The notes under the pieces: generated by a model | What the model was told of the DNA's origin: nothing | What the model saw: the letters and a program-made list of their open reading frames with translations, nothing else | Databases searched by the model: none | Shown: positions 17,421 to 25,504 of the stretch, piece by piece | Numbering within the stretch: position 1 is the stretch's first letter | Layout: every line of letters starts with the position of its first letter | IMG/VR virus record: IMGVR_UViG_3300021963_004854 | Location: 1 to 64,000 of that record | DNA length: 64,000 nt | Source: a virus | Strand: one strand, 5' to 3' | Made by a program: the position numbers and the translations under genes

Positions 17421-18338
17421 ATGTCTTTTAATTCTCTATCGGAACTCCGTAAGAACCGTGGCAACTTCGACTCGCTCATGAAGGAAGTCGAAAAGATTGC
17501 AAATCCCACAAACGAAAAGCGCGGCGATGATGATCGCTTCTGGAAGCCTAGTGTAGACAAGGCTGGCAATGGTCAGGCTGTTCTCCGCTTTCTACCTGCT
17601 CCCGCGGGTGAAGAACTTCCTTGGGTGCGCGTCTTTGACCATGGTTTCCAGGGTCCAACAGGTAAGTGGTATATCGAAAACTCGCTAACTACTATCAACA
17701 AGCCTGACCCCGTGGGTGAATTGAATTCCGAACTTTGGAATTCGGGCATCGAAGCCAACAAGGAAATCGCTCGTAAGCAGAAGCGCCGCCTCTCTTACAT
17801 CTCAAACGTTCTTGTCGTTCGTGACCCAGCAAATCCTGAAAACGAAGGTAAGGTCTTTCTCTACAAGTATGGTAAGAAGATTTTCGACAAAATCAAGGAT
17901 GTGATGCAGCCTACATTCGAAGACGAAAAGCCCGTCAATCCGTTTGACCTTTGGGAGGGTGCTAACTTCAAGCTCCGCATTCGTCAGGTTGAAGGTTATC
18001 GTAACTACGATAAGTCGGAATTTGATGGTCCTGCTGCTCTTGATGAAGATGATGCGAAACTTGAATCTGTCTGGAAGCAGACACATTCTCTTGCCGCATT
18101 CCTTGACCCGTCAAACTTCAAGTCTTATGATGAACTCAAGACTAAGCTGAATGCTGTTCTTGGAAGCGGTGTCCGTGTTCCTAGTGCAGACAAGGTTTCA
18201 CCTCTTGATGCTGAGGACGAACTCTTCGTTGAAACCAAGATGAAGTCGGCTGCTAAGGCTACCGAAGATACTCCACCGTGGAATGAAGATGAAACAGATG
18301 ATAACATGAGTTACTTCGCAAGTCTTGCGGATGACTAA
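17421..18338 (+). CDS. gp32: Single-stranded DNA-binding protein gp32
   Basis: DDRFWKP..DKAGNG.AVLRFLP, WYIENSLTT, YKYGKKIFDKI, NYDKSEF, acidic tail. Confidence 0.96.
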   Translation: MSFNSLSELRKNRGNFDSLMKEVEKIANPTNEKRGDDDRFWKPSVDKAGNGQAVLRFLPAPAGEELPWVRVFDHGFQGPTGKWYIENSLTTINKPDPVGELNSELWNSGIEANKEIARKQKRRLSYISNVLVVRDPANPENEGKVFLYKYGKKIFDKIKDVMQPTFEDEKPVNPFDLWEGANFKLRIRQVEGYRNYDKSEFDGPAALDEDDAKLESVWKQTHSLAAFLDPSNFKSYDELKTKLNAVLGSGVRVPSADKVSPLDAEDELFVETKMKSAAKATEDTPPWNEDETDDNMSYFASLADD

Positions 18339-18343
18339 AAGAG

Positions 18344-18371
18344 AAAGGGGCGCTTTAAGCGCCCCTTTTTT
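18344..18371. terminator. Bidirectional intrinsic terminator
   Basis: AAAGGGGCGC-TTTAA-GCGCCCCTTTTT between convergent genes. Confidence 0.85.
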
Positions 18372-20916
18372 ATGCTGCTGCGGTTCTTCTTCTCTGCCAC
18401 GTTAGCCATGAGTTATCATCCGGTCTAGAATGTGGAGATGTATGTGGTATAGTAGGACCACTTTGCTGCGGCGGTGCCTGAATTACAGTCGGTGGCGGCA
18501 CATTAATTACAGGCTTTTCTGCCGCGCCCTTGGCTGTCGCAACTGCCGCAGTCGATCTTGAAATAATAGCAGAATCTTGATTTTGTCCGCCTTGAACACT
18601 TGCTCGAGGTCTTTGCTGTAGTGTTGCGCCGCCAGATTGTCTAGCACCCTGTGGAGTAGCAATAGCTGCTTTGGGTTTTTCGCCCGCCTTAGCTGGTTCT
18701 GCTTTACCCCAGATAAGATTATCTATCTTGTCGGCACCCCAACTTCCTGCTTTCTCACCGGCATATGCACCAGCAGCGCCGCCTGCCACAAAGCCAACAC
18801 CAGTTCCTACTGGGCCAGCCAGAGAGCCTACCGCCGCACCGCCGGCTTCACCTAATACCTGCCCGCCGTATGTAGCCAACCCTGTGATGCCACCCGCCAA
18901 TAATGCTCGACCTGTGCTACCGGTTCTGGCTTTAGTTTCTTTATATTTTGAATATGCGCCGATTGCAGCAGGTAGAAAAGGAATTGCCTTACCAGCAACT
19001 CTTGCTAGTCCACCAGCTTTTGCTAATACTGGCGCGGCTGCCTTGCCAAATCTTGATGAGCCTATCGCTTCTGCCGTTCCACCGAAGACTTTGCTTGCCT
19101 TACCCTTTACCCAATCAAAACCCTTACCTAGTGCTTCTGCACCCTTAGCACGTTGACCTTGTATCCAGCTGCCCGCTGTCTTTGCAGCACCAAGTGCCGA
19201 AGTACCAAACGATTTTGCCTTTTCTGCGGCGCCGGTTGCCATGCCACTGACGGTAGTTTTAGTGCTTTCCCATGCCCTTGAATACCACGGTTTTGATGCT
19301 GTAGCTTCTACTGCGCCTTTTACTGGAACTAGATTTCTTCCAGTGGGTGCAGTTCTAGATGTTTCCTGTAAACTACGACTTAATGAACCTTCTTGCATTT
19401 CGGCCGCTTTTCTTGCGCGCCAGTTATTTCTACCCTCTTCGGTGGTAATATTTTCGTTTGCTCTACGATTAAGATCTCTTCCACCAACAACAGCTTTAGG
19501 TTCGACTTTAGCTGTAGACGCCGCTTCTGCAATGTTACGATTTCTAATTGCTTCTCGTAGTTCATTGCCCTTCAAGCCAGGTTTGATGCCTCTATATGCA
19601 TCTGCTTCTGCTACAGACCTTCCCTGTAATTTTGGCGATAATTCTACATCGCCAGCTCGGCGAACTAAAACTTTTTCTTGCTGTGCAGTTTTTAGACCTA
19701 ATTCTTCTAATGTTGCCCCGCTTGCTTGCTGTGTCAATTGTGGAACAGCGGTTTGTCTTGCAACTGCGGTTCTAGCATCTGTTAAAGCTGGGACTCGTGT
19801 TGCAGCCGTTTCAGATGCTAGAGCTAAAGCTGGGACAGCCATTGGTACCCTGGTTGCAACCGCGGCGGGTACTCTAGATGCAATTGCCGCCGCCGCAGCC
19901 GTTTTTACAGGACCGCCAACTGGTATCGGTGCCGGAAGAGGTAAGTTCATTCCGCTGCCATTGCATTGACATTCGCAAACACACTTCTTTATTTCTTCTA
20001 ATAATCTTAAAAGTTCAGGCCAATAGTCCTTTACACCCAAAGCACTAGAACTACGAGAGAATGCAGGGTCGGTATCTCTAATACCGGCACGAAGTTCTTC
20101 GGCATCACTCTTAGTTTTGGTATCGGGAGCAATATTAGCAGAAGCTAATTGTGTAGTTTCTTCGCCGCCGCCTTGTGTGACCTTGTCCGTTGTCTGTCCA
20201 GAATTGTCAAGCGTTGATGTTAGATTTTGTTTGGACTCTTCTAAAAATGCGAGTTTTTTATTTTCAGTTTCGGTCTGTTCTCTAACTTCTCGGCGTCTCT
20301 CTTCGTTAGACTTACTAACCCCAGCAAACGCACCACCCATAAAGGTCGAAGAAAACCCGCTTGCAAAACCACTACCTGCATTCTTGAGAATACTTTTACC
20401 TTGCACCCAACCAGTTGCTTTTGTGCCATCTGGAGTTTGTGCTTGTTTGCCAAAAATTCTTTCTTTAACTCTTTGGCCAGTAGTAGGATCGCCATCAATC
20501 CCCATTGCTTTATATTTTTCTTGTAGGGCGATTTCTTTTAGTTTTTCGCCCACTTCCTTAAGTGCATCATTTTTTTGCACTTCGCCTCGAAGAATCATTT
20601 TCTCCGAGTGTTTCATTACTTCATCTAATTTTTTAGCAAACTCTTCTACTGTTTTTCCCTGTAGGTTTGACAGTGCTTTTACCGTGTCAGTAAGAAGATC
20701 CTTATCTTCTTTGACTAGAGTTTCAAGAAGAACCGCATTATTTTCTTTTAGAGACTTTGAAAATGCATTTACGACCTTTAATACGGACTCATCGCGCACA
20801 GAACTCATTGCATCCGACGACACCGATGCAGCAATTCTATCTAGAATTTCATCTCTTTTATTCTGTCTAGATGCATCTTCTGCACCTGGATTGCTGTCAT
20901 TTATTACAGGTAGCAT
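18370..20916 (-). CDS. Tape measure / gp29-like baseplate hub protein
   Basis: 848 aa, Ala/Gly/Lys-rich helical, glycine-zipper region; lies after the gp26/gp51-like genes. Confidence 0.65.
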   Translation of the reverse strand: MLPVINDSNPGAEDASRQNKRDEILDRIAASVSSDAMSSVRDESVLKVVNAFSKSLKENNAVLLETLVKEDKDLLTDTVKALSNLQGKTVEEFAKKLDEVMKHSEKMILRGEVQKNDALKEVGEKLKEIALQEKYKAMGIDGDPTTGQRVKERIFGKQAQTPDGTKATGWVQGKSILKNAGSGFASGFSSTFMGGAFAGVSKSNEERRREVREQTETENKKLAFLEESKQNLTSTLDNSGQTTDKVTQGGGEETTQLASANIAPDTKTKSDAEELRAGIRDTDPAFSRSSSALGVKDYWPELLRLLEEIKKCVCECQCNGSGMNLPLPAPIPVGGPVKTAAAAAIASRVPAAVATRVPMAVPALALASETAATRVPALTDARTAVARQTAVPQLTQQASGATLEELGLKTAQQEKVLVRRAGDVELSPKLQGRSVAEADAYRGIKPGLKGNELREAIRNRNIAEAASTAKVEPKAVVGGRDLNRRANENITTEEGRNNWRARKAAEMQEGSLSRSLQETSRTAPTGRNLVPVKGAVEATASKPWYSRAWESTKTTVSGMATGAAEKAKSFGTSALGAAKTAGSWIQGQRAKGAEALGKGFDWVKGKASKVFGGTAEAIGSSRFGKAAAPVLAKAGGLARVAGKAIPFLPAAIGAYSKYKETKARTGSTGRALLAGGITGLATYGGQVLGEAGGAAVGSLAGPVGTGVGFVAGGAAGAYAGEKAGSWGADKIDNLIWGKAEPAKAGEKPKAAIATPQGARQSGGATLQQRPRASVQGGQNQDSAIISRSTAAVATAKGAAEKPVINVPPPTVIQAPPQQSGPTIPHTSPHSRPDDNSWLTWQRRRTAAA

Positions 20917-21072
20917 TTATTGTCCAGTGTTTAAATCGTTTTCTTGTTTTTTCAAGTGGGTCACTAACATACCTATATAAACTTCCCTTTCCCACGGCAT
21001 CATATTTTCCAATTCGCTCAAACTATATTTATGCTCTTGCATTAGAATAAAGTTTGTTTGATAGAAGTTCAT
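20917..21072 (-). CDS. gp51: gp51-like baseplate hub assembly domain (probably the -1 frame extension of the gp26-like gene)
   Basis: MNFYQTNFILMQEHKYSLSELENMMPWEREVYIGML; not in ORF track; no SD; frame stays open upstream into the gp26 end. Confidence 0.85.
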   Translation of the reverse strand: MNFYQTNFILMQEHKYSLSELENMMPWEREVYIGMLVTHLKKQENDLNTGQ

Positions 21073-21092
21073 CAAATTATCATGGGAAAGGG

Positions 21093-21776
21093 CTATCCGA
21101 AAAAACTTTCTAGCCCGTCCATGAATACAATGTTTTCTTTACTACAATTAGAACAAGTGTAATCTACAGTATGCTCTAGCTTAGGCATAGTTTCAAAGAA
21201 CTTTGCAATTCTTTCGAATTGCTCACTTGTCAGACTATCAATAAACTTTTCAATTTCTTCTTTCGATTCATCTGCGGTGCTGTATACTCGTTGTTCATCA
21301 AAAATCTGGTCAACACAATTCACTACAAGATCGAATACCTTTAGTTCATCGCTTACCGTGTCTTCTGGTGTAGGATATTTCATAACTACACCCACTGTGT
21401 CGGTCAACATAATCTTATTTGTATGCTCTTCGTTTGTCTGCAATTGAATTGCATCTAGATTTAAAGTAAATGGTGTTCTATGACCACATTCGCCGCAAAT
21501 CAAATTGAAATCCGAAGTTCCGCCGATTGATTGTGATCTAATTCGTAAGAAAAGATTCTGTAAATCAAAAATCGGAAGGGTGTGTCCATTAACAGCACCG
21601 TTGCTACATGCAGTAACAATATCCTGCATAGCATTTAGAATTTCTTTTTTATCATCTTGTTCTTGTGCCATCACAAGAATTTTTTCTTCTTTCACTAAGA
21701 AAGGTCTGCACCGTATTTTCTGTTTAGTCGAAAGAACTTCAACTTCAAATGTTGGTGTAGTAATTACAGGAATCAT
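21093..21776 (-). CDS. gp26: gp26-like baseplate hub assembly protein
   Basis: RPFLVKEEKIL, FLRIRSQSIG, two CxxC, FFETMPKL, ends GLESFFG; GGAG RBS before ATG 21776. Confidence 0.88.
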   Translation of the reverse strand: MIPVITTPTFEVEVLSTKQKIRCRPFLVKEEKILVMAQEQDDKKEILNAMQDIVTACSNGAVNGHTLPIFDLQNLFLRIRSQSIGGTSDFNLICGECGHRTPFTLNLDAIQLQTNEEHTNKIMLTDTVGVVMKYPTPEDTVSDELKVFDLVVNCVDQIFDEQRVYSTADESKEEIEKFIDSLTSEQFERIAKFFETMPKLEHTVDYTCSNCSKENIVFMDGLESFFG

Positions 21777-21795
21777 AATAATCTCCAATTAATGT

Positions 21796-22479
21796 TTATA
21801 TAGTGATATCATCGTCAAAATTTATATCCATGTCCATATTTGGGTCATTGGAATCTAGTTCGAAATCTACTGGTTCTTCTCTATCAAGGTCAGAGACTCC
21901 TCCGACACCAGAACCATCTGGTTGATAGCCACCGATTACTTGCCACTTCTTGTAAGTAAAAGTTACTGGCATTCTCAGCACCTGTGCATTAGTCGCAGAT
22001 GCCTGAATGGGTGCTATCGATCTAGGAAACAAATCAATCAATCTCCAACTTGCGATAATATTATCTTGCTCATTGAGAGATACAATGTCCATTTGTCCAT
22101 AATACTCTTCTGGGTATCGAATTTCTCTTGTATTCGGATCTATTGCTTTTCTCATCCAATCGCCAAAGAAGTCTTTTGCCACCCAAGCATTATCACATAA
22201 AAATGTTACTGTTATGGAATCTCCGCCAAAATCAATAGCAGTTGCTCTTGGTTCCAAAATATTATTTAGTTTCAACATTCTTGTTCCCAGGAGAAGACCT
22301 GGAAAGATAACATCTTCTGCTAACATCGAAACTACGCGAGTGGATTCACCTTGTGATGTTTGATGGCCAACTAAACATTCAGGCTCACTAATGTATACCT
22401 CAAATCTATTTGATCTAGCAAGATTTTGATTTCTAATTAGTGTTATGAAATCTCTTAGACTATGTGCGGCTTCTGCCAT
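21796..22479 (-). CDS. Tail tube-like baseplate/tube junction protein (gp54-like)
   Basis: ARSNRFEV, FPG, VTFLCD, FP.SI, VTFTYKKW pattern of the gp19/gp54 fold. Confidence 0.7.
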   Translation of the reverse strand: MAEAAHSLRDFITLIRNQNLARSNRFEVYISEPECLVGHQTSQGESTRVVSMLAEDVIFPGLLLGTRMLKLNNILEPRATAIDFGGDSITVTFLCDNAWVAKDFFGDWMRKAIDPNTREIRYPEEYYGQMDIVSLNEQDNIIASWRLIDLFPRSIAPIQASATNAQVLRMPVTFTYKKWQVIGGYQPDGSGVGGVSDLDREEPVDFELDSNDPNMDMDINFDDDITI

Positions 22480-23054
22480 TAGATTTTACCTCTAGTGTCT
22501 CTGAAAACGGATTCTTTAGTTGCACCAACAAATGCTTCTACTGGTAAGAATACTGCCGCTTTCCAATCCGAAGGATTTATTCTCATAAATTGCGATTTAA
22601 CATGACCTGTGAGATAATGCTTAATGCAAGGCTTTATTTCTGGTGCATTTTGTAAACTAGTTAATAGTTGATATGACAAGCGCATTTTGCTAGTATTTGA
22701 AAGAGTTTTAGAGTCCGCATATTCTAAAAGTTCTCCTAACACTTTAGCTCTAAGCATGTAAGGAAGATAATGCAGATTGATGCCATAGAATCCACCCTTA
22801 GCTGGTCCAAAAGGAAGCACTAAAGGAAATGTATCATAAAACGGAAGTTGGTCTTTCCACTTAGGGTCATAGAAATACAGATACATAGAACCGATTTCAA
22901 AGTTTGATTTCAGTTCACCGATATCAGATTTCATAACCGTATTATTGGAAAGTCTCGCACCCACAAGATTGCGCACATTATTCATGTACCATTGAATGGA
23001 CCTTTGCCCATCGCCAATGTTAGCTCGTAATTTCTGGAATGCGTTATTTGCCAT
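22479..23054 (-). CDS. gp2: DNA end protector protein gp2
   Basis: YDPKWK.LPFYDTFPLV, GINLHYLP, CIKHYL. Confidence 0.88.
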   Translation of the reverse strand: MANNAFQKLRANIGDGQRSIQWYMNNVRNLVGARLSNNTVMKSDIGELKSNFEIGSMYLYFYDPKWKDQLPFYDTFPLVLPFGPAKGGFYGINLHYLPYMLRAKVLGELLEYADSKTLSNTSKMRLSYQLLTSLQNAPEIKPCIKHYLTGHVKSQFMRINPSDWKAAVFLPVEAFVGATKESVFRDTRGKI

Positions 23055-23179
23055 TAACGGCCCTGACCTCTATACTTCTTAAAATTGCGGCGCTTATGCT
23101 TGTTCATCGTGCTTAGTTTGATTCCCTTGCGGCGCGGTGCTGCAAATACTGTTTTTGTATTTCCTGATGCTTTAGCCAT
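23054..23179 (-). CDS. Small very basic late protein (41 aa, not in ORF track)
   Basis: MAKASGNTKTVFAAPRRKGIKLSTMNKHKRRNFKKYRGQGR*; AAGGAG RBS; CATAAATA upstream; TAATG overlap with gp2. Confidence 0.8.
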   Translation of the reverse strand: MAKASGNTKTVFAAPRRKGIKLSTMNKHKRRNFKKYRGQGR

Positions 23180-23202
23180 AGTATTGTCTCCTTAGTCTAT
23201 AT

Positions 23203-23658
23203 TTATGCAGTAATTCCAAGTTCTTTTTCAGTAAGTATCATAAATTCCCAGCCACGATCTTTACAAAATTCGGACGCATATTTCCACTTTGCTTGATTGA
23301 CACCCCATGTCAACACTTCATTTAGAAATTGCTTAGTCTTTCTTTTGGGAATTTTTGGTTGTGCAACAAACTTAGATGGTTTTATTTCTATCAAGTATTT
23401 TTTAGTTTGCCCACTGTTTTCTTTTACTTTCATGTAGAAATCAACGAAGTATCGATGCACCCTATTATCTTTGGGTGAAATATAGGGAATTGCAAGTTCT
23501 TCTGAACCCCACTCCAATATATTTGGATTACTATCGCACCATTTCATGAATTTCAGTTCCCAGCTAGAACGATATATAATAGTGTTGGGATTACCAATAT
23601 ACTTCTTGGGATTCTGTATTTTATAGATTCCCTTCATAGTTTCTTTTGAATATGACAT
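23203..23658 (-). CDS. gp4: Head completion nuclease gp4
   Basis: NPKKY.G, YRSSWE, WGSEE, HRYFVDF, EIKP, NQAKW. Confidence 0.92.
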   Translation of the reverse strand: MSYSKETMKGIYKIQNPKKYIGNPNTIIYRSSWELKFMKWCDSNPNILEWGSEELAIPYISPKDNRVHRYFVDFYMKVKENSGQTKKYLIEIKPSKFVAQPKIPKRKTKQFLNEVLTWGVNQAKWKYASEFCKDRGWEFMILTEKELGITA

Positions 23659-23696
23659 ATAAATAGTCCAAACTTGTCTCAATAGGATATTTATTA
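23658..23696. promoter_or_regulatory. Face-to-face T4 late promoters
   Basis: TATAAATA (+) at 23658-23665 and TAATAAATA (-) at 23688-23696. Confidence 0.7.
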
Positions 23697-23699
23697 CTA

Positions 23700-24998
23700 A
23701 TGGTAGAAACTACAACTACTGCGGCGCCAACCACAACTTCTTCGCCTCAGCAACAAGCGGCAGATCAGAAGCAGCAAGCACAGGGTGCTCCTGGTGCCGC
23801 GCCGCCGGCTGCCCAGCCAGCGTCTAGATTTTCCAGAGATGTTGATGAATTATCCAATCCGCTTGAGAATGAGAATGAAGCACTTATTTTAAAATATCCT
23901 CAGAATTTAGGAGAAGAAGAACATCTCCATTGGGTAGTTTTTTATCCACTAATTAGAAAAGGTTCTGCTACAGGTAAACCATCTAAGCCAACATCTGGCG
24001 GTGAATTAAAACAATTTATATCTGGTGCTAATAATATCGGAACAGAAAGACAAGCAGACGCAACTACTCAAGCCGCATCCGAAGTAGTAGGTTTTCAGAC
24101 CGGTATGGCAGCTGGCCTCGCTGGCAAATTATTAGATAATGGCGGTAACGCAAACGGCACACCTGCCAATGGACTAGTTTCTGGTATTACAAATGGCTTT
24201 GGTAAATTAGTAGGAAACGCAGGGAATGCATTAATTGGAGGTGGCGTTGGATATTTGGGTGGCAAGGCGGCGGGTGCGGCATATAATGCAGCTACAGTCA
24301 GTTTAGCCAATACTTATATAGGCGAGACTTGCATTGCACTACATGTTTCTGAAAAACTAAGTGCATCATATTCTGCAAACTGGGATGTGGCAGATTTGGG
24401 TGGTCTACTAGCGGCAGCAGGTAGCGGAACTTCTGTGATAGATTCTTTAACGAGTGCAGACGGCGCGGACTACATCGCAAGAAAACTTGGTAAAATTACA
24501 TCAATTGTCGGTGGCGATCTATTGCAAAATGCAGTTGAGGCGTCTACCAAACGAGTTGAAAATCCATACAAACAACAACTATTCAAGAGCATGGGTTTTA
24601 GAAAATTTGCGTTTGATTATAAGTTTTCTCCTCGAAACGAAGCAGAAGCAAGAGCTATTTTCGGCGACGGCGCAAATGAAGTTATGGATAATGGAAACTA
24701 TAAGAAGGGTGGTATTCTATACACATTTCTTAGACATATGCATCCAGAAAAATCTAAGACAACTATGTTCTTAGAATACCCATCAGAATTCTTGATTGTT
24801 TATTATTATCAAGGAAGAGAGAACCAGTTTGTTAGAAAGATTTCAAATTGCGCTCTAACTAGTATGTCAATCGATTACGGCGCAGAGGGTATGACTTCTT
24901 TCTACGATACATGGGGTGTGCCAACAGAATGCACAATTAGATTAGAATTCACAGAACTTGAAACTCTCACCGGCGATAGAATTCAAAAGGGTTATTAA
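23700..24998 (+). CDS. gp48: Baseplate tail tube cap gp48
   Basis: LKYP, NPYKQQLFKSMGFRKFAFDYKFSPRN.AE, YPSEF, L.FTELE. Confidence 0.85.
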   Translation: MVETTTTAAPTTTSSPQQQAADQKQQAQGAPGAAPPAAQPASRFSRDVDELSNPLENENEALILKYPQNLGEEEHLHWVVFYPLIRKGSATGKPSKPTSGGELKQFISGANNIGTERQADATTQAASEVVGFQTGMAAGLAGKLLDNGGNANGTPANGLVSGITNGFGKLVGNAGNALIGGGVGYLGGKAAGAAYNAATVSLANTYIGETCIALHVSEKLSASYSANWDVADLGGLLAAAGSGTSVIDSLTSADGADYIARKLGKITSIVGGDLLQNAVEASTKRVENPYKQQLFKSMGFRKFAFDYKFSPRNEAEARAIFGDGANEVMDNGNYKKGGILYTFLRHMHPEKSKTTMFLEYPSEFLIVYYYQGRENQFVRKISNCALTSMSIDYGAEGMTSFYDTWGVPTECTIRLEFTELETLTGDRIQKGY

Positions 24999-24999
24999 A

Positions 25000-25503
25000 A
25001 TGTTTTTTCGTTCTTTCCCAAAATTAATCATCAAAATGGATGGAAAAGATACTGTAGTAACAGATATCTTTCGTAGAGTTTCTGTAAATAGATTTGCTAA
25101 TGACTTTATTGACTTACAAACTATTACTATTCCAGACGGCTTCACGATTGAACAGGTAGCTGACAAATATTATGGGGATCCAAATTATCATTGGGTAATT
25201 ATGATATTGAATGATATCATTGATGCTAGAACAGAGTGGCCAATGAATTCTTGGGATCTCGATCTTTATTGCAAAACAAAATATGGTTCAGATGGAATGT
25301 ATGAAGTTCATCATTATAGAACTACAGATGAAAACAAATATATTGTAGATTTTGACGCAGCCGATCTTGCAAATGGTGATATTGAAGAAGTTACTAATCT
25401 GATATATGAGACCGAATTGAATGAATCCAAACGAGAAATCAAAATTCTTCCGCCTAAATATATAGGAAGTTTTGAAGCGATGTATAAGAGTATGATTTCG
25501 TAA
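25000..25503 (+). CDS. gp53: Baseplate wedge subunit gp53
   Basis: FF..FP, ADKYYGD..YHWVI..LNDI, EWP, NESKREIK. Confidence 0.88.
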   Translation: MFFRSFPKLIIKMDGKDTVVTDIFRRVSVNRFANDFIDLQTITIPDGFTIEQVADKYYGDPNYHWVIMILNDIIDARTEWPMNSWDLDLYCKTKYGSDGMYEVHHYRTTDENKYIVDFDAADLANGDIEEVTNLIYETELNESKREIKILPPKYIGSFEAMYKSMIS

Positions 25504-25504
25504 T

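Noticed and set aside
18637-20980. Long plus-strand ORFs (161, 242 and 287 aa) opposite the tape measure gene
   Set aside because: Antisense shadows of an Ala/Gly-rich gene; no RBS or recognisable motifs
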